From positions 6,913-70,912 of the forward strand of contig VHDH01000006.1 in assembly GCA_016871445.1 (NCBI GenBank): a stretch of 64,000 nt of DNA, in the 5' to 3' direction. Shown here one piece after another: positions 36,913 through 45,918 of the stretch. The notes beneath the pieces are model-generated. The model did no database searches. It saw nothing but the letters and a program-made list of their open reading frames with translations, and was not told the DNA's origin. Origin of the DNA: Verrucomicrobiota bacterium. Its GTDB lineage: Bacteria > Verrucomicrobiota > Verrucomicrobiia > Limisphaerales > SXTU01. The translations under genes were made by a program, and so were the position numbers. The stretch's first letter is position 1; each line of letters starts with the position of its first letter.

Positions 36913-37665
36913 GTGTTACCGGAACACAAATGGGAAACGGAACCGCTGCTGCGCTTCGTCGCGGGCGTGTGCTTCTGCTTGTCGCTCGGATCTCTGGCCA
37001 GCAGCGCAATCCTGCCCCGGGAGGCTTTTGCCACCCAGGAGGGAAAGTTTTTCCTATTCGTCTTCAACTCGGTGGTGCTGCACGGAGGCACTTTGCTACT
37101 GGTGGCAAATTTACTGCGCGCGCACGGCTTAGGCTGGCGCCCAGCGTTTGGCCTGCGCATGTCAGGCATGGTTCGCACCGTGAGCCTTGCCATAGCGGGT
37201 GCGCTGGTGGCCCTGCCGATCGCACTGGAGTTGCAACAGCTCTCGGCGCTGGTGATGAAAACGGTCAGCGTACAACCCGAAGTTCAAGTGGTGGTGCAAA
37301 CCTTGCAGGAGACGCAGACTTTGCAACAGCGACTATTCTTCGCGTTCGTGGCCATCGTGGGCGCGCCGGTAGTCGAGGAGATCATCTTCCGCGGCATCCT
37401 CTATCCTGCCATCAAACAGCACGGCTGGCCCCGGCTAGCGCTTTGGAGCACCTCGCTGCTCTTCGCGCTCACGCATGCGAACACGGCCACCTTTCTGCCG
37501 CTGACCTTCCTCGCGATGGCGCTCGTATTCCTTTACGAGCGCACTGGCAACCTGTTCGCACCCATCCTCACGCATAGCCTATTCAATGCGGCGAACTACT
37601 TTGCGGTCGTTTACCAGCCCGAGCTGATGCAACTACTTAAGCAGCTTCTCCCCGCCCAGCCGTGA
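36913..37665 (+). CDS. CPBP family intramembrane glutamic endopeptidase (CAAX protease/Abi family)
   Basis: Polytopic. GAPVVEEIIFRGILYPA (EExxxR), LLFALTHAN (FxxxH) and ILTHSLFNAANY (HxxxN) are the three CPBP motifs. GTG start. Confidence 0.85.
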   Translation: MLPEHKWETEPLLRFVAGVCFCLSLGSLASSAILPREAFATQEGKFFLFVFNSVVLHGGTLLLVANLLRAHGLGWRPAFGLRMSGMVRTVSLAIAGALVALPIALELQQLSALVMKTVSVQPEVQVVVQTLQETQTLQQRLFFAFVAIVGAPVVEEIIFRGILYPAIKQHGWPRLALWSTSLLFALTHANTATFLPLTFLAMALVFLYERTGNLFAPILTHSLFNAANYFAVVYQPELMQLLKQLLPAQP

Positions 37666-38597
37666 AAGAATTCGACCTCATCGCACGACTCAAAACGACT
37701 CTGCCCACGCACGACTCTGTGCTAGCTGGCGCCGGCGACGATTGCGCCGTTTTGAACCTCGGCCTGCCGCATGACCTCGTGCTTTTCAAGACCGACGCTG
37801 TGGTGGAGGGTGTTCACTTCACTGCCGACACGCCGCCCGAAAAGATCGGTCGTAAGGCGCTCGCCCGCTGCCTCAGCGACATTGCGGCGATGGCCGGCAC
37901 GCCCACGCACGCGGTCGTCACACTGGCGTTGCCGACGACCTTTGAGACCACACGGGTGGAAGCCATCTACGCCGGTTTGAACGCGCTGGCACGCGAGCAC
38001 AGCGTGGCCATTGTCGGCGGTGAAACCACCGCAAATCCCGACCGCCTGCTGTTGTCCATCGCCATGCTGGGCACCGTGCCGCGCAACCGCCAGGTGCTCC
38101 GCTCCGGCGCGAAGGCAGAGGATGCCATCTTTGTTACTGGCACGCTCGGCGGCTCGTTGAGTGGGCGGCACCTCGATTTTGAGCCGCGCTTAGCCGAAGC
38201 GCGCTGGCTGGCTGAGCATTTTACCATCCACGCGATGATTGACTTAAGCGACGGCCTCGCGGGCGACCTGCGGCACATCCTTGAAGCGAGCGGCGTTGGC
38301 GCGGAGCTGTTATCGAGCGCCGTGCCTGTCAGCCGAGCCGCGAAGCAACTCGCACGCGACGAATCCTCCGCCAAGCCGCCGCTACTTGCCGCGCTCACGG
38401 ACGGAGAGGATTTTGAACTGCTCTTCACCATCGCCAGCCGCAGTGCTGTGCCGCTTTTGGACGCATGGCGGGCGCAATTCCCCGACGTGAAGCTGTCTTG
38501 TGTTGGCAAGATCACCACCACACCCGGCCTGCGCCTCCGCGATGAACGCGGGCTGCGGGAGTTCAACCTTCGCGGCTACGAACACTTTGACTCCTAA
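37662..38597 (+). CDS. thiL: Thiamine-monophosphate kinase
   Basis: EFDLIARLK...GAGDDCAVL...FKTDAVVEGVHF...IGRKALARCLSDIAAMAG...VGGETT...DLSDGLAGDL. GTG start overlaps the upstream stop (GTGA). Confidence 0.9.
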   Translation: MKEFDLIARLKTTLPTHDSVLAGAGDDCAVLNLGLPHDLVLFKTDAVVEGVHFTADTPPEKIGRKALARCLSDIAAMAGTPTHAVVTLALPTTFETTRVEAIYAGLNALAREHSVAIVGGETTANPDRLLLSIAMLGTVPRNRQVLRSGAKAEDAIFVTGTLGGSLSGRHLDFEPRLAEARWLAEHFTIHAMIDLSDGLAGDLRHILEASGVGAELLSSAVPVSRAAKQLARDESSAKPPLLAALTDGEDFELLFTIASRSAVPLLDAWRAQFPDVKLSCVGKITTTPGLRLRDERGLREFNLRGYEHFDS

Positions 38598-38607
38598 GTA
38601 GTCGTGG

Positions 38608-39066
38608 ATGAAATCCGTCGTCACAAATTCCCCCGAAGACACCACCGCACTCGGCGAAACGTGGGCACAAGAGGCCGTGCCAGGCTGGACCATCGCGCTG
38701 TGCGGTGATCTGGGAGCGGGCAAGACACAGCTAGTGAAAGGGCTGGCGCGCGGGCTGGGTGTCACGGGCCGCATTGCTTCTCCGACCTTTGCGCTGGTCA
38801 ACGAGTACACCGAAGGCCGCGTGCCACTATTCCACCTGGACCTCTACCGGCTGGAAACGCGTGCCCAGATCGTGGGCGCGGCGCTGGATGAATACTTCTT
38901 CACTCCACGCGGCGTGACGGTAGTGGAATGGGCGGACCGGTGGTGGGATGAAGTTCTTAATTCAAAGTTCAATGTTGAAAGGCCCGGCGGGCGCTTGCGC
39001 TGGGTGAGATTTACTTCAGAAGGAGAAAAACGACGACGCATCGAGCATGAAGATTTTGGCGCTTGA
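38608..39066 (+). CDS. tsaE: tRNA threonylcarbamoyladenosine (t6A) biosynthesis ATPase TsaE
   Basis: IALCGDLGAGKTQLVKGLARGLGV (Walker A), SPTFALVNEY, LFHLDLYRL, VVEWADR. Confidence 0.9.
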   Translation: MKSVVTNSPEDTTALGETWAQEAVPGWTIALCGDLGAGKTQLVKGLARGLGVTGRIASPTFALVNEYTEGRVPLFHLDLYRLETRAQIVGAALDEYFFTPRGVTVVEWADRWWDEVLNSKFNVERPGGRLRWVRFTSEGEKRRRIEHEDFGA

Positions 39067-39688
39067 ATTCTCCTCCGCCCGGCGCGGCGTAGCGATCGTC
39101 AAAGGCCGTGATGTGCTCGGCTTGGCTGAGGCGACGGGCATAACGCCTGGGCCATTTGAGCTTGTTGAGTCAGCGCTGCAAATGGCGGGCATGGAGCGTG
39201 AGCAGATCGAGTGCGTGGCCGTCGGGCTGGGGCCAGGTTCCTATACTGGCGTGCGCTCTTCCATCGCATTGGCACAAGGCTGGCAGCTCGCCCTAGGGGT
39301 GAAACTGCTTGGGATTAGCAGCGCGGATGTGCTGGCCGCGACGGCGCAAAAAACAGGGCTGAATGGTCGTATTGCGGTGGTGGTTGACGCGCTACGCGGA
39401 GAGTTTTACTCGGCAACCTACGCGCTTTCATCGGCAGAATGGCGCGAGGTGACTCCGCTGCGCTTGCTCACATACGAGGCGGTCGAGGCAATGGCCAAAT
39501 GCGGCGAGTTACTCATCAGCCCGGATGCCAAATGTCCGTTTGCCGGGGCTAAACTGATAATGCCTTCGGCCGGCGAACTTGGACACGTAGCCAGCCGGCG
39601 CGACGACTTCGTGCCGGGGGAGAGACTCGAGCCGATTTATCTGCGTGAGACGAACTTCGTGAAGGCCCCACCGCCGAAGTTTTACTGA
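39047..39688 (+). CDS. tsaB: tRNA t6A biosynthesis protein TsaB (YeaZ family)
   Basis: MKILALEFSSARRGVAIV...VAVGLGPGSYTGVRSSIALAQGW. Overlaps tsaE by 20 nt. Confidence 0.85.
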   Translation: MKILALEFSSARRGVAIVKGRDVLGLAEATGITPGPFELVESALQMAGMEREQIECVAVGLGPGSYTGVRSSIALAQGWQLALGVKLLGISSADVLAATAQKTGLNGRIAVVVDALRGEFYSATYALSSAEWREVTPLRLLTYEAVEAMAKCGELLISPDAKCPFAGAKLIMPSAGELGHVASRRDDFVPGERLEPIYLRETNFVKAPPPKFY

Positions 39689-39698
39689 GCCACACAGA

Positions 39699-39911
39699 CT
39701 ACTGGTAATGCGGCGGCTTTTGGTTATTGGAGCGGATACGCTCCATCTCGGCTGACTCCAGAGCTTGCGTGGCTCGTGCCAACTCTTTTTGCAGCCGCGC
39801 GAGGGCGCGAGACTGCTCCACCACCACCCCGTTTAGTTCCTCGTGTTGGCGCTCTAGGTGCGCGAGGGTAGATTCAACTTTTAACAGCCGGCTGGTCACG
39901 GATTCTTCCAT
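39699..39911 (-). CDS. slyX: SlyX family coiled-coil protein
   Basis: 70 aa. RLLKVESTLAHLERQHEELNGVVVEQSRALARLQKELARATQAL is the typical SlyX heptad pattern. Convergent with tsaB. Confidence 0.65.
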   Translation of the reverse strand: MEESVTSRLLKVESTLAHLERQHEELNGVVVEQSRALARLQKELARATQALESAEMERIRSNNQKPPHYQ

Positions 39912-40066
39912 GCCGGAATTACGCGTGAATTCGGCTTAAATCCCAAGCCTGAATTGCCACCACTCATGTCCACCTAACGAATGTGAGAAAGCTTTTGGGA
40001 AAGCCGAATGCGGTAGCCGGCCAAAACCGGTCTGCCGCATTGGTCAAAATTAATTCGGGTGGCAAA

Positions 40067-41149
40067 TTAGTAAACGCCCTCAACAATGTTCTTCTCCATC
40101 GCGCCAAAGGGGCGCACGTCGCCGACGCCGTCCCAAGCGTAAGGCGGGCGCGGGGCGCGCCGGATGGTTTCGTCACGTTCTAGAAAACGCGGCATGAAGA
40201 ATTCCTTAGTGAGCGTGGTAAGTTCCACGCGACCCCACTCGCCATAGCCGATGGTCTCGTCGGTCTTATTTGGATTCACCACGCGCAAAACGGCGCGCGG
40301 CTGCGGAGCGTAGTAAGTTGCGCTGAAGTTGTCCTCCGGCTGAAGTTCCACACTGGCAGCCAGACCCATAAGCGTGTTGCCGTAAGTTGGGTAGAAGCCA
40401 ATGCGGTTCTCCAAAAGTTCCTCAATGATGAAGCGGATTTCTTGAGGTTTCATGGAGGTTCCGCCGCAGAAGACGCCTCGGATGCCAGCTTCCCACAGAT
40501 TAACTTTTTCCCCCAGTGCTTCGAGCAGCTTTGGGGTGGTAAAGAGGCCGCTCACCTTACGGTGCTGGAGGATGACAGCCGCCTGATCCACGACGTGCGC
40601 CATGTATTGCTTAGCGACGTCGAACTGCTTGTTGGTAATGAGTTTTTTTACAAAGCGCGGGTCAAGGTCAATGAAATAGCAAGAGCTACCGCGCTCGTTA
40701 GCGAGGTGTTCGATGGCGAGGCGAAGCCGACGAGGGCCGGTGGGACCCATCATTAGCCAGGCGCCACCGGGCGGAAAGTGAGCGTCCGAAACTTTGTTGC
40801 TAAACTCGGAGTAATCCACGCGGAAGTCGTTCCAACCGATACGCTGTTTTGGCATTCCCGTGGTGCCGCCGGTCTCAAAAATGTTAAACGGCTTACCCTT
40901 GAACTGCGCAGGCACCCATACCTCGGGTTGAAGGTCACGGAGCCATTCATCCTGGAAGTGGGGGAACTTGAGCATGTCCTCGAACTTCGTGATTTCCTTG
41001 CGGGGATCAAAGTTCTTACCGGCCCAGTCGAGCCAAAAGGGACAACCGGTAGCGGGGCTGAAATGCCACTTGATGATTTCGAGGAGGTGCTGATCGAGCG
41101 CAGCCTTGGCCTGTGCAACTTTGTCGGGGGCAACGGTGGGAATGGGCAT
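40067..41149 (-). CDS. Adenylate-forming enzyme, PaaK/coenzyme F390 synthetase-like (short ANL-superfamily member)
   Basis: 360 aa with no signal peptide. FETGGTTGMPKQR resembles the SSGTTGKPK P-loop of phenylacetate-CoA ligases. Also has FCGGTSM, FYPTYGNTLMG and EWGRVELTTL. Family call is by motif only; the substrate is unknown. Confidence 0.55.
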   Translation of the reverse strand: MPIPTVAPDKVAQAKAALDQHLLEIIKWHFSPATGCPFWLDWAGKNFDPRKEITKFEDMLKFPHFQDEWLRDLQPEVWVPAQFKGKPFNIFETGGTTGMPKQRIGWNDFRVDYSEFSNKVSDAHFPPGGAWLMMGPTGPRRLRLAIEHLANERGSSCYFIDLDPRFVKKLITNKQFDVAKQYMAHVVDQAAVILQHRKVSGLFTTPKLLEALGEKVNLWEAGIRGVFCGGTSMKPQEIRFIIEELLENRIGFYPTYGNTLMGLAASVELQPEDNFSATYYAPQPRAVLRVVNPNKTDETIGYGEWGRVELTTLTKEFFMPRFLERDETIRRAPRPPYAWDGVGDVRPFGAMEKNIVEGVY

Positions 41150-41183
41150 AATGTTAAGCAGTATTAAAGTGAAAATGAGACAT

Positions 41184-42770
41184 TCAGGGCTTCACGGCTT
41201 TCGCTTTAGCGGAATCATGCAAGGCAAAGAGGTGCGTGTTGCTGGCAATGTAAATGACGCCATTGGCAATCACGGGTGTGGAATAAACCGGTGCGCCGAG
41301 ATTGCATTCGCTGAGGACTTCGGCCTTGGGTCCGGCCTTAGCCGCAAGTACCACGAAGTCGCCATCTTCATCCCCAACGTAGACCTTACCGTCGGCAACC
41401 ATCGTGCTACTCCACATGTGCGCTTTCATGTCGTGCTTCCAGTGCAACTTACCGTTTTCTGCATCGACACAGTACACGAAGCCTGAGAAATCGCCAACGA
41501 ACAGCAGACCGGTGGTCGGGTCAATCGAAACGGTCGAAATGCTGCGATTAATGCCTTTGAAGCTCCAGATGACGCCGGTCTTGGTGATGTCGCCGGTCTT
41601 GGTGGCATCTAGGCAGACCAGATGGCCGACGCCCTCTCCGTGCTCGGGATCCTGACCGATGGCAACGTAGATGCGATTTTTGTAAAGCACCGGGGTGGCG
41701 ATGATTTCACTAGGGCCTTCGGCAGCGGGGTACTTAATGGGCTTGCCGTCCTTATTTTTGTATTCGGGCGGATTGGCGTCGTATTTCCAAACCGTCTTGA
41801 GAAACGCGCCGTCCCCTTCCTTCTTGGGTATAGCATCAAAGGCATAGCAAAAGCCGTCACCACCACCGAAGAAGATTAGGTCCTTACCGTTGACCTTGCC
41901 GGTCGACGGCGAACTCCACTGACCGTGGAAGAGGCGCGAACCAATCTTGGCATCGTCCTCGCCGAGCAGTTCGCCGGTCTTCTTGTTCACCGCGATGAGG
42001 CTGGGGGAGAGCGGCGAAGGGACGTTGACATGCGTCCAGTCTTGACCGTTAGAAGTGGAGACGTAAAGGACGTCACCTACGATGAGGATAGAGCAGTTCG
42101 AAGCGTTGTGCGGGAAGACGCCCAATTCATCCATCATGTCGTATCGCCAGATGATATCAGCGTCTTTTGGCCCTGGTGGAATGGGCGGCGCCTGCTTGCC
42201 GTCCGGTCCAAGCACGTCTTGCACAACATATTTTGCCTCGTCCTTGTAAGGTCCGTCATTGCCATTGGTCATGCCCTCGACATCGAGACAAAGGATCTCA
42301 CAGCGCGTGGTGACGATATAGAGACGGTTGCCCTCGATGACTGCCGAGGAGAACAAGCCGAGGCTCTCCCAGTCATTTACTTTGCCGGATTTGAGCTTCG
42401 AAACGACGAGTTGCCAGTTGAGATCGCCAGTCTTCTCATCGAGGCAGAGCAAGATGGATCGATCCCCGAGATGGCGCTTATCGCGCGGCACATCGTTGTT
42501 GGTGCCAACGTAAAGGCGGCCATTGGCGATAGTGGGATTGCCGTAGCTCTGCGAACCCAGCTTCACGGTGAACTTCACGTTCTTCTGTGTGGCGGGATCG
42601 TAATTCTCAGTTCCCTTTACGAGCTTGCCCGGGTCGAACTTATCGGGCAGGCCTTTGGCCGGAGAAAACATGTTGCGGTATTGCGTGCCGCCCCATTGGT
42701 TCCAGTCTTGGGCTTGCACGATGAGGCCGCCAGCCAACAGTGCGGCGGTGAGGAGGGAGAGCTGTTTCAT
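41184..42770 (-). CDS. Secreted PQQ-like beta-propeller repeat protein
   Basis: 528 aa. Signal MKQLSLLTAALLAGGLIVQA followed by QDWNQWGGTQ. Blade repeats: GRLYVGTNN, GNRLYIVTT, GDVLYVSTSNG, NRIYVAIGQD, GLLFVGDFSGFVYCVDAENGKLHW, GKVYVGDEDG, GVIYIASN. Confidence 0.85.
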   Translation of the reverse strand: MKQLSLLTAALLAGGLIVQAQDWNQWGGTQYRNMFSPAKGLPDKFDPGKLVKGTENYDPATQKNVKFTVKLGSQSYGNPTIANGRLYVGTNNDVPRDKRHLGDRSILLCLDEKTGDLNWQLVVSKLKSGKVNDWESLGLFSSAVIEGNRLYIVTTRCEILCLDVEGMTNGNDGPYKDEAKYVVQDVLGPDGKQAPPIPPGPKDADIIWRYDMMDELGVFPHNASNCSILIVGDVLYVSTSNGQDWTHVNVPSPLSPSLIAVNKKTGELLGEDDAKIGSRLFHGQWSSPSTGKVNGKDLIFFGGGDGFCYAFDAIPKKEGDGAFLKTVWKYDANPPEYKNKDGKPIKYPAAEGPSEIIATPVLYKNRIYVAIGQDPEHGEGVGHLVCLDATKTGDITKTGVIWSFKGINRSISTVSIDPTTGLLFVGDFSGFVYCVDAENGKLHWKHDMKAHMWSSTMVADGKVYVGDEDGDFVVLAAKAGPKAEVLSECNLGAPVYSTPVIANGVIYIASNTHLFALHDSAKAKAVKP

Positions 42771-42807
42771 GCTGATGTTGATTAGAACAGAGTTGTTTCG
42801 GAGAGAT

Positions 42808-45120
42808 CTAGTTCGCCGTCACGCTGATGTTGTCAATGAACACGCGCATCTCTTGTGGTGAGAAGCCGTAAAGGCCAGGGCAGCCGCTTTGGTGCGCGAT
42901 CTTGTGCGGCACCTCGATCGTCCACTCAGCTGGCTCCGGCTCGCCACGCTTCCACGCCTTCGCGCGCACCACGCCGGAGCCGTCGGGTTTCACATCCACG
43001 CGAGATTTGAGGGTATACCACTCGTTCGGCTTCCACTTAAACGGGGCTGTGGCCTTGAGGCGCTCCTGGTTTGAGTTGACCTCCAACTCCTGCGCGTTGC
43101 CCTTCAAGACAATGAGGTAGCGCTGATTCACCTGGCCGACCTCGGACATCTTGCGTGGCTTGCCCTCGCTCATTACATCAGACTGCACAGTATAATTCTT
43201 AAGGCTTGGTTCACCCATGAAGACGGTCGCGCGCTGAAAGAATTTGTTGTCAATTGCCTTCACCAAGGCCTTGGTGTCGCCGGCCTCGCGCACCTCGAAT
43301 TTAAAGCGCGGGCCAATCCACGGCAGCGGCGGGTAGGCGAACTTCACTCCTTCCTCAGTCTCGTGAACGACGCTGATGTCGAACTTGTCGAAGTCTTCCT
43401 TAATCGGCAGCCCCGGCAACACACGACCGCGGATGTAACCTTTCAAACCATCGGGATTGGTTCCTTCAAAAGCCCCGGCGCTTGGGACAACTTCTGGCCC
43501 AGCAACGAGTTGCCCATTCGCATTAAAAGCGCCTTTCATGCTCGCGCGCACTTTCGCCGTCGGCGGAATGTACCCGGCCCACTTCAATGACTTTGGGTCA
43601 ATGTTATCCTGAACCACAAATCCGTTGGCATCAAGTGAGCGGATGCGGAACGACGCGGACTGATTGGGTTTCAACAAAACTTCGCTGGGAATGACCTGCA
43701 ACTGCGTCGCCGGCCCGGGCGTGGGCCACTTTTCCAGCGCAGACTCGGATCCGAGACCGGGGTTGTTACCGGGCTTGCCGAAGCAATAAAGCTTCTTGGT
43801 GGTCTGCATGTATATCTTCCCGTTATAGACCGACGGCGTGCCAAAGCAGCGACCCTCCAGTGGCACGTGACTGAGAATCTTTCCCTCCTTGTCGCTGGGC
43901 TGAATGATGTAGAATGCGCCGGTAGTGCCTGCCTCGCTGTCGCCGGTAGCCTTGCTCGCCGGGTCGTCGAGCATCGGCACGTAAAGCTTGCCGTCGGCGT
44001 GAACAAGACCCGCGTTGCGTTGCTCAATGCCGAGCTTCAAGCGCCATAGGATTTTTCCGTTGTTCACGTCTACGCTGAAAAGATCGCCCTTCTCAGCGAC
44101 GACATACACGCGGTCACCCACGAGAATGGGGTGGCTGGTGGAAGTGGAAATCTCGGGCGTGTGCCAAAGTTCGACGGCCTGCCGCTCGACAACCACCGGA
44201 GCGTTAGTCGCGTGCGTTGGCTCCACCTGCGGAATCTTAATGCAAACCATCTGGCCTGGCTCATAGGGCGTGCCAAAGATGGCGACAACCTTGTCATTGT
44301 TGTGGACGACGGCAGTCGAGTTAATGCCGGCCTTGAAGAGTGGCACGCGCCAAATGGCCTCTCCGGTGCGGGCGTTCGCGCAGAAAACGTTGCCGTCGCC
44401 AGTTGCGGTGATGAAGACGCGCTTGCCCTTGAACCACGTGAGCACCGGATGCGAGAAGGAGTTGTCTTTAGGCCGCTCGCCGGACCAGCTGCCCCAGACT
44501 AGCTCGCCGGTCTTTTTGTCAAAGGCATACATCCGGTCGCCCGCTGCGCCCTGCGCGCCCCAGTTCGAAGTGATGCCGCGCACAATGACGAGGTCCTTGT
44601 CAATCAGCGGCGAGGCCGTGCGCGAATTCGGGAAAGTGAGCCGGCCGAACTGCTCCATCATCGAGTAACCCCACAGTTCTTTGCCATCGGACGTGAACGC
44701 CTTGAGCATTCCCTGCGTACCGAGCATATAAACATTGCCCGTTTCCGGGTCTACCGCCGGGCTGCTCGTGGAGTAACGGAGATAAATCGTGTCGGAGAGG
44801 AAGTCTGTATAACGCTGTTCCCAAAGCAGTTTGCCAGTTTCAGCGTCGAAGCATCGTACGCCCTCCAGTAACTCTGCGCCCTCGCCAAGGTAACCCATGA
44901 TGTAAAGCTTGCCGTTAGCGATGACCGGTGCGGACTGGCCAGGGAACTCGGCGGTCCAAAGCGGCTTCTTCGGATCAATGGCAGCGGGAAGACTTTTCTC
45001 GGCGGACGTGCCGTTCTGGTTAGGCCCACGCCAGGCGAGCCAACCCGTAACAGCGGCAGGGACGGGGATGGTGAGCGAGAAGCTGACCGCAGCAGCGAGG
45101 AGAGAGACGTTCAATTTCAT
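42808..45120 (-). CDS. Secreted PQQ-like beta-propeller protein with a ~300-aa C-terminal extension (Ig-like plus jelly-roll-like region)
   Basis: 770 aa with a signal MKLNVSLLAAAVSFSLTIPVPA, then WLAWRGPNQNG. Blades: GKLYIMGY, GNVYMLGTQG, DRMYAFDKKTGELVW, VFITATGDGNVFC, DRVYVVAEKGDLFSVDVNNGKILW, GKLYVPM, GKIYMQT. The C-terminus (QLQVIPSEVLLKPNQSASFRIRSLD...RVFIDNISVTAN) is not propeller-like. Confidence 0.85.
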   Translation of the reverse strand: MKLNVSLLAAAVSFSLTIPVPAAVTGWLAWRGPNQNGTSAEKSLPAAIDPKKPLWTAEFPGQSAPVIANGKLYIMGYLGEGAELLEGVRCFDAETGKLLWEQRYTDFLSDTIYLRYSTSSPAVDPETGNVYMLGTQGMLKAFTSDGKELWGYSMMEQFGRLTFPNSRTASPLIDKDLVIVRGITSNWGAQGAAGDRMYAFDKKTGELVWGSWSGERPKDNSFSHPVLTWFKGKRVFITATGDGNVFCANARTGEAIWRVPLFKAGINSTAVVHNNDKVVAIFGTPYEPGQMVCIKIPQVEPTHATNAPVVVERQAVELWHTPEISTSTSHPILVGDRVYVVAEKGDLFSVDVNNGKILWRLKLGIEQRNAGLVHADGKLYVPMLDDPASKATGDSEAGTTGAFYIIQPSDKEGKILSHVPLEGRCFGTPSVYNGKIYMQTTKKLYCFGKPGNNPGLGSESALEKWPTPGPATQLQVIPSEVLLKPNQSASFRIRSLDANGFVVQDNIDPKSLKWAGYIPPTAKVRASMKGAFNANGQLVAGPEVVPSAGAFEGTNPDGLKGYIRGRVLPGLPIKEDFDKFDISVVHETEEGVKFAYPPLPWIGPRFKFEVREAGDTKALVKAIDNKFFQRATVFMGEPSLKNYTVQSDVMSEGKPRKMSEVGQVNQRYLIVLKGNAQELEVNSNQERLKATAPFKWKPNEWYTLKSRVDVKPDGSGVVRAKAWKRGEPEPAEWTIEVPHKIAHQSGCPGLYGFSPQEMRVFIDNISVTAN

Positions 45121-45243
45121 GGCCTAGGCGACAGGATTAGTCGGGCGAAGTATTTACTAAACTGGCAAACGCGCACCGGGCTGCAACTATTTTTCTTCCC
45201 AGCGCTAAAGCGATTTTCCAGACTCTCACTTGGAAATCAACCA

Positions 45244-45265
45244 AATATTACGAACACGTATTATT
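45244..45265. promoter_or_regulatory. Imperfect inverted repeat AATATTACG-N4-CGTATTATT, a candidate MarR operator
   Basis: 8 of 9 positions are complementary. It is centred ~30 nt upstream of the marR ATG (45287) in the 166-nt divergent spacer shared with the PQQ operon. Confidence 0.35.
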
Positions 45266-45286
45266 TGCATACACTGGATCCGACTT

Positions 45287-45787
45287 ATGGCCACCCGGAA
45301 GCATTCAAAGTCCACCTCGCCCATTGATTCGCCCGACCGCCGGCGGTTGCCACCGTTGCTGCGCCGCGCATGGTATGGGCTGAATCAGGCATTCCGTCGC
45401 CGTATCGCTTATACCGGTGCCACGCCGGACCAGTTTACCGCGCTCCGCTGCCTCACCGAAGCCGACCCGAAAGGTATAACCCAAGGCGACCTGACGCAGA
45501 TGATGACCAGCGACCCGAATACCATCGCCTCCCTCGTTGAGCGCATGGAAGCCGCCGGCTGGGTTTTACGCCGCCCGCACGAGAAGGACCGCCGCGCCTA
45601 TCGCATCAAACTAAAAACCTCGGGCAAGCACCTTTACCAAGAGCTGCGCAAACTCGCCGTTCAGTTACAAGCCGGCGTCCTCGACGTCCTCCCTGAGTCC
45701 AAACGCGAAGATTTCCTCACTCATTTAGCCGCCGTAGCCGAAGCTTGCCGCGAGGCCGCCGAGTTATCCCCAAAGCGCCGTAGGTAA
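45287..45787 (+). CDS. MarR family transcriptional regulator
   Basis: LNQAFRRRIAYTGATPDQFTALRCLTEADPKGITQGDLTQMMTSDPNTIASLVERMEAAGWVLRRPHEKDRRAYRIKLTSGK is the winged-helix MarR core. The ORF track opens at 45230; I prefer the ATG at 45287. Confidence 0.88.
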   Translation: MATRKHSKSTSPIDSPDRRRLPPLLRRAWYGLNQAFRRRIAYTGATPDQFTALRCLTEADPKGITQGDLTQMMTSDPNTIASLVERMEAAGWVLRRPHEKDRRAYRIKLKTSGKHLYQELRKLAVQLQAGVLDVLPESKREDFLTHLAAVAEACREAAELSPKRRR

Positions 45788-45860
45788 ATAAAACTCCCTC
45801 GACTTTCAATCGCACACGGGCAGCAACCTCAAGAAGCGGTTTGACGCCCGTCACCACTCC

Positions 45861-45895
45861 AAAAAAAGCGGCAGTCAAATGACTGCCGCTTTTAA
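45861..45895. terminator. Bidirectional Rho-independent terminator between convergent marR and tig
   Basis: An A7 run, 9-bp GC-rich stem gcggcagtc / gactgccgc, loop aaat, then TTTT. The symmetric A/T flanks would serve both strands. Confidence 0.75.
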
Positions 45896-45918
45896 TTTCA
45901 AACTCTGCCTTCCAGCCT

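Noticed and set aside
36930-37577. 215-aa plus-strand ORF in an alternate frame of the CPBP protease gene
   Set aside because: The 36913 frame yields the three CPBP motifs and the TM helices. The alternate frame is an Arg/Gly/Ala-rich string.
39990-40045. Possible hairpin (aatgcgg...ccgg / ccgg...ccgcatt) downstream of the adenylating-enzyme gene, considered as a terminator
   Set aside because: The stem is interrupted by mismatches and there is no flanking T-run on the relevant (minus) strand, so it is not convincing.
41925-42785. 286-aa plus-strand ORF antisense to the 528-aa PQQ-like gene
   Set aside because: It is a shadow frame of a motif-supported propeller gene and has no signal peptide or domain features.
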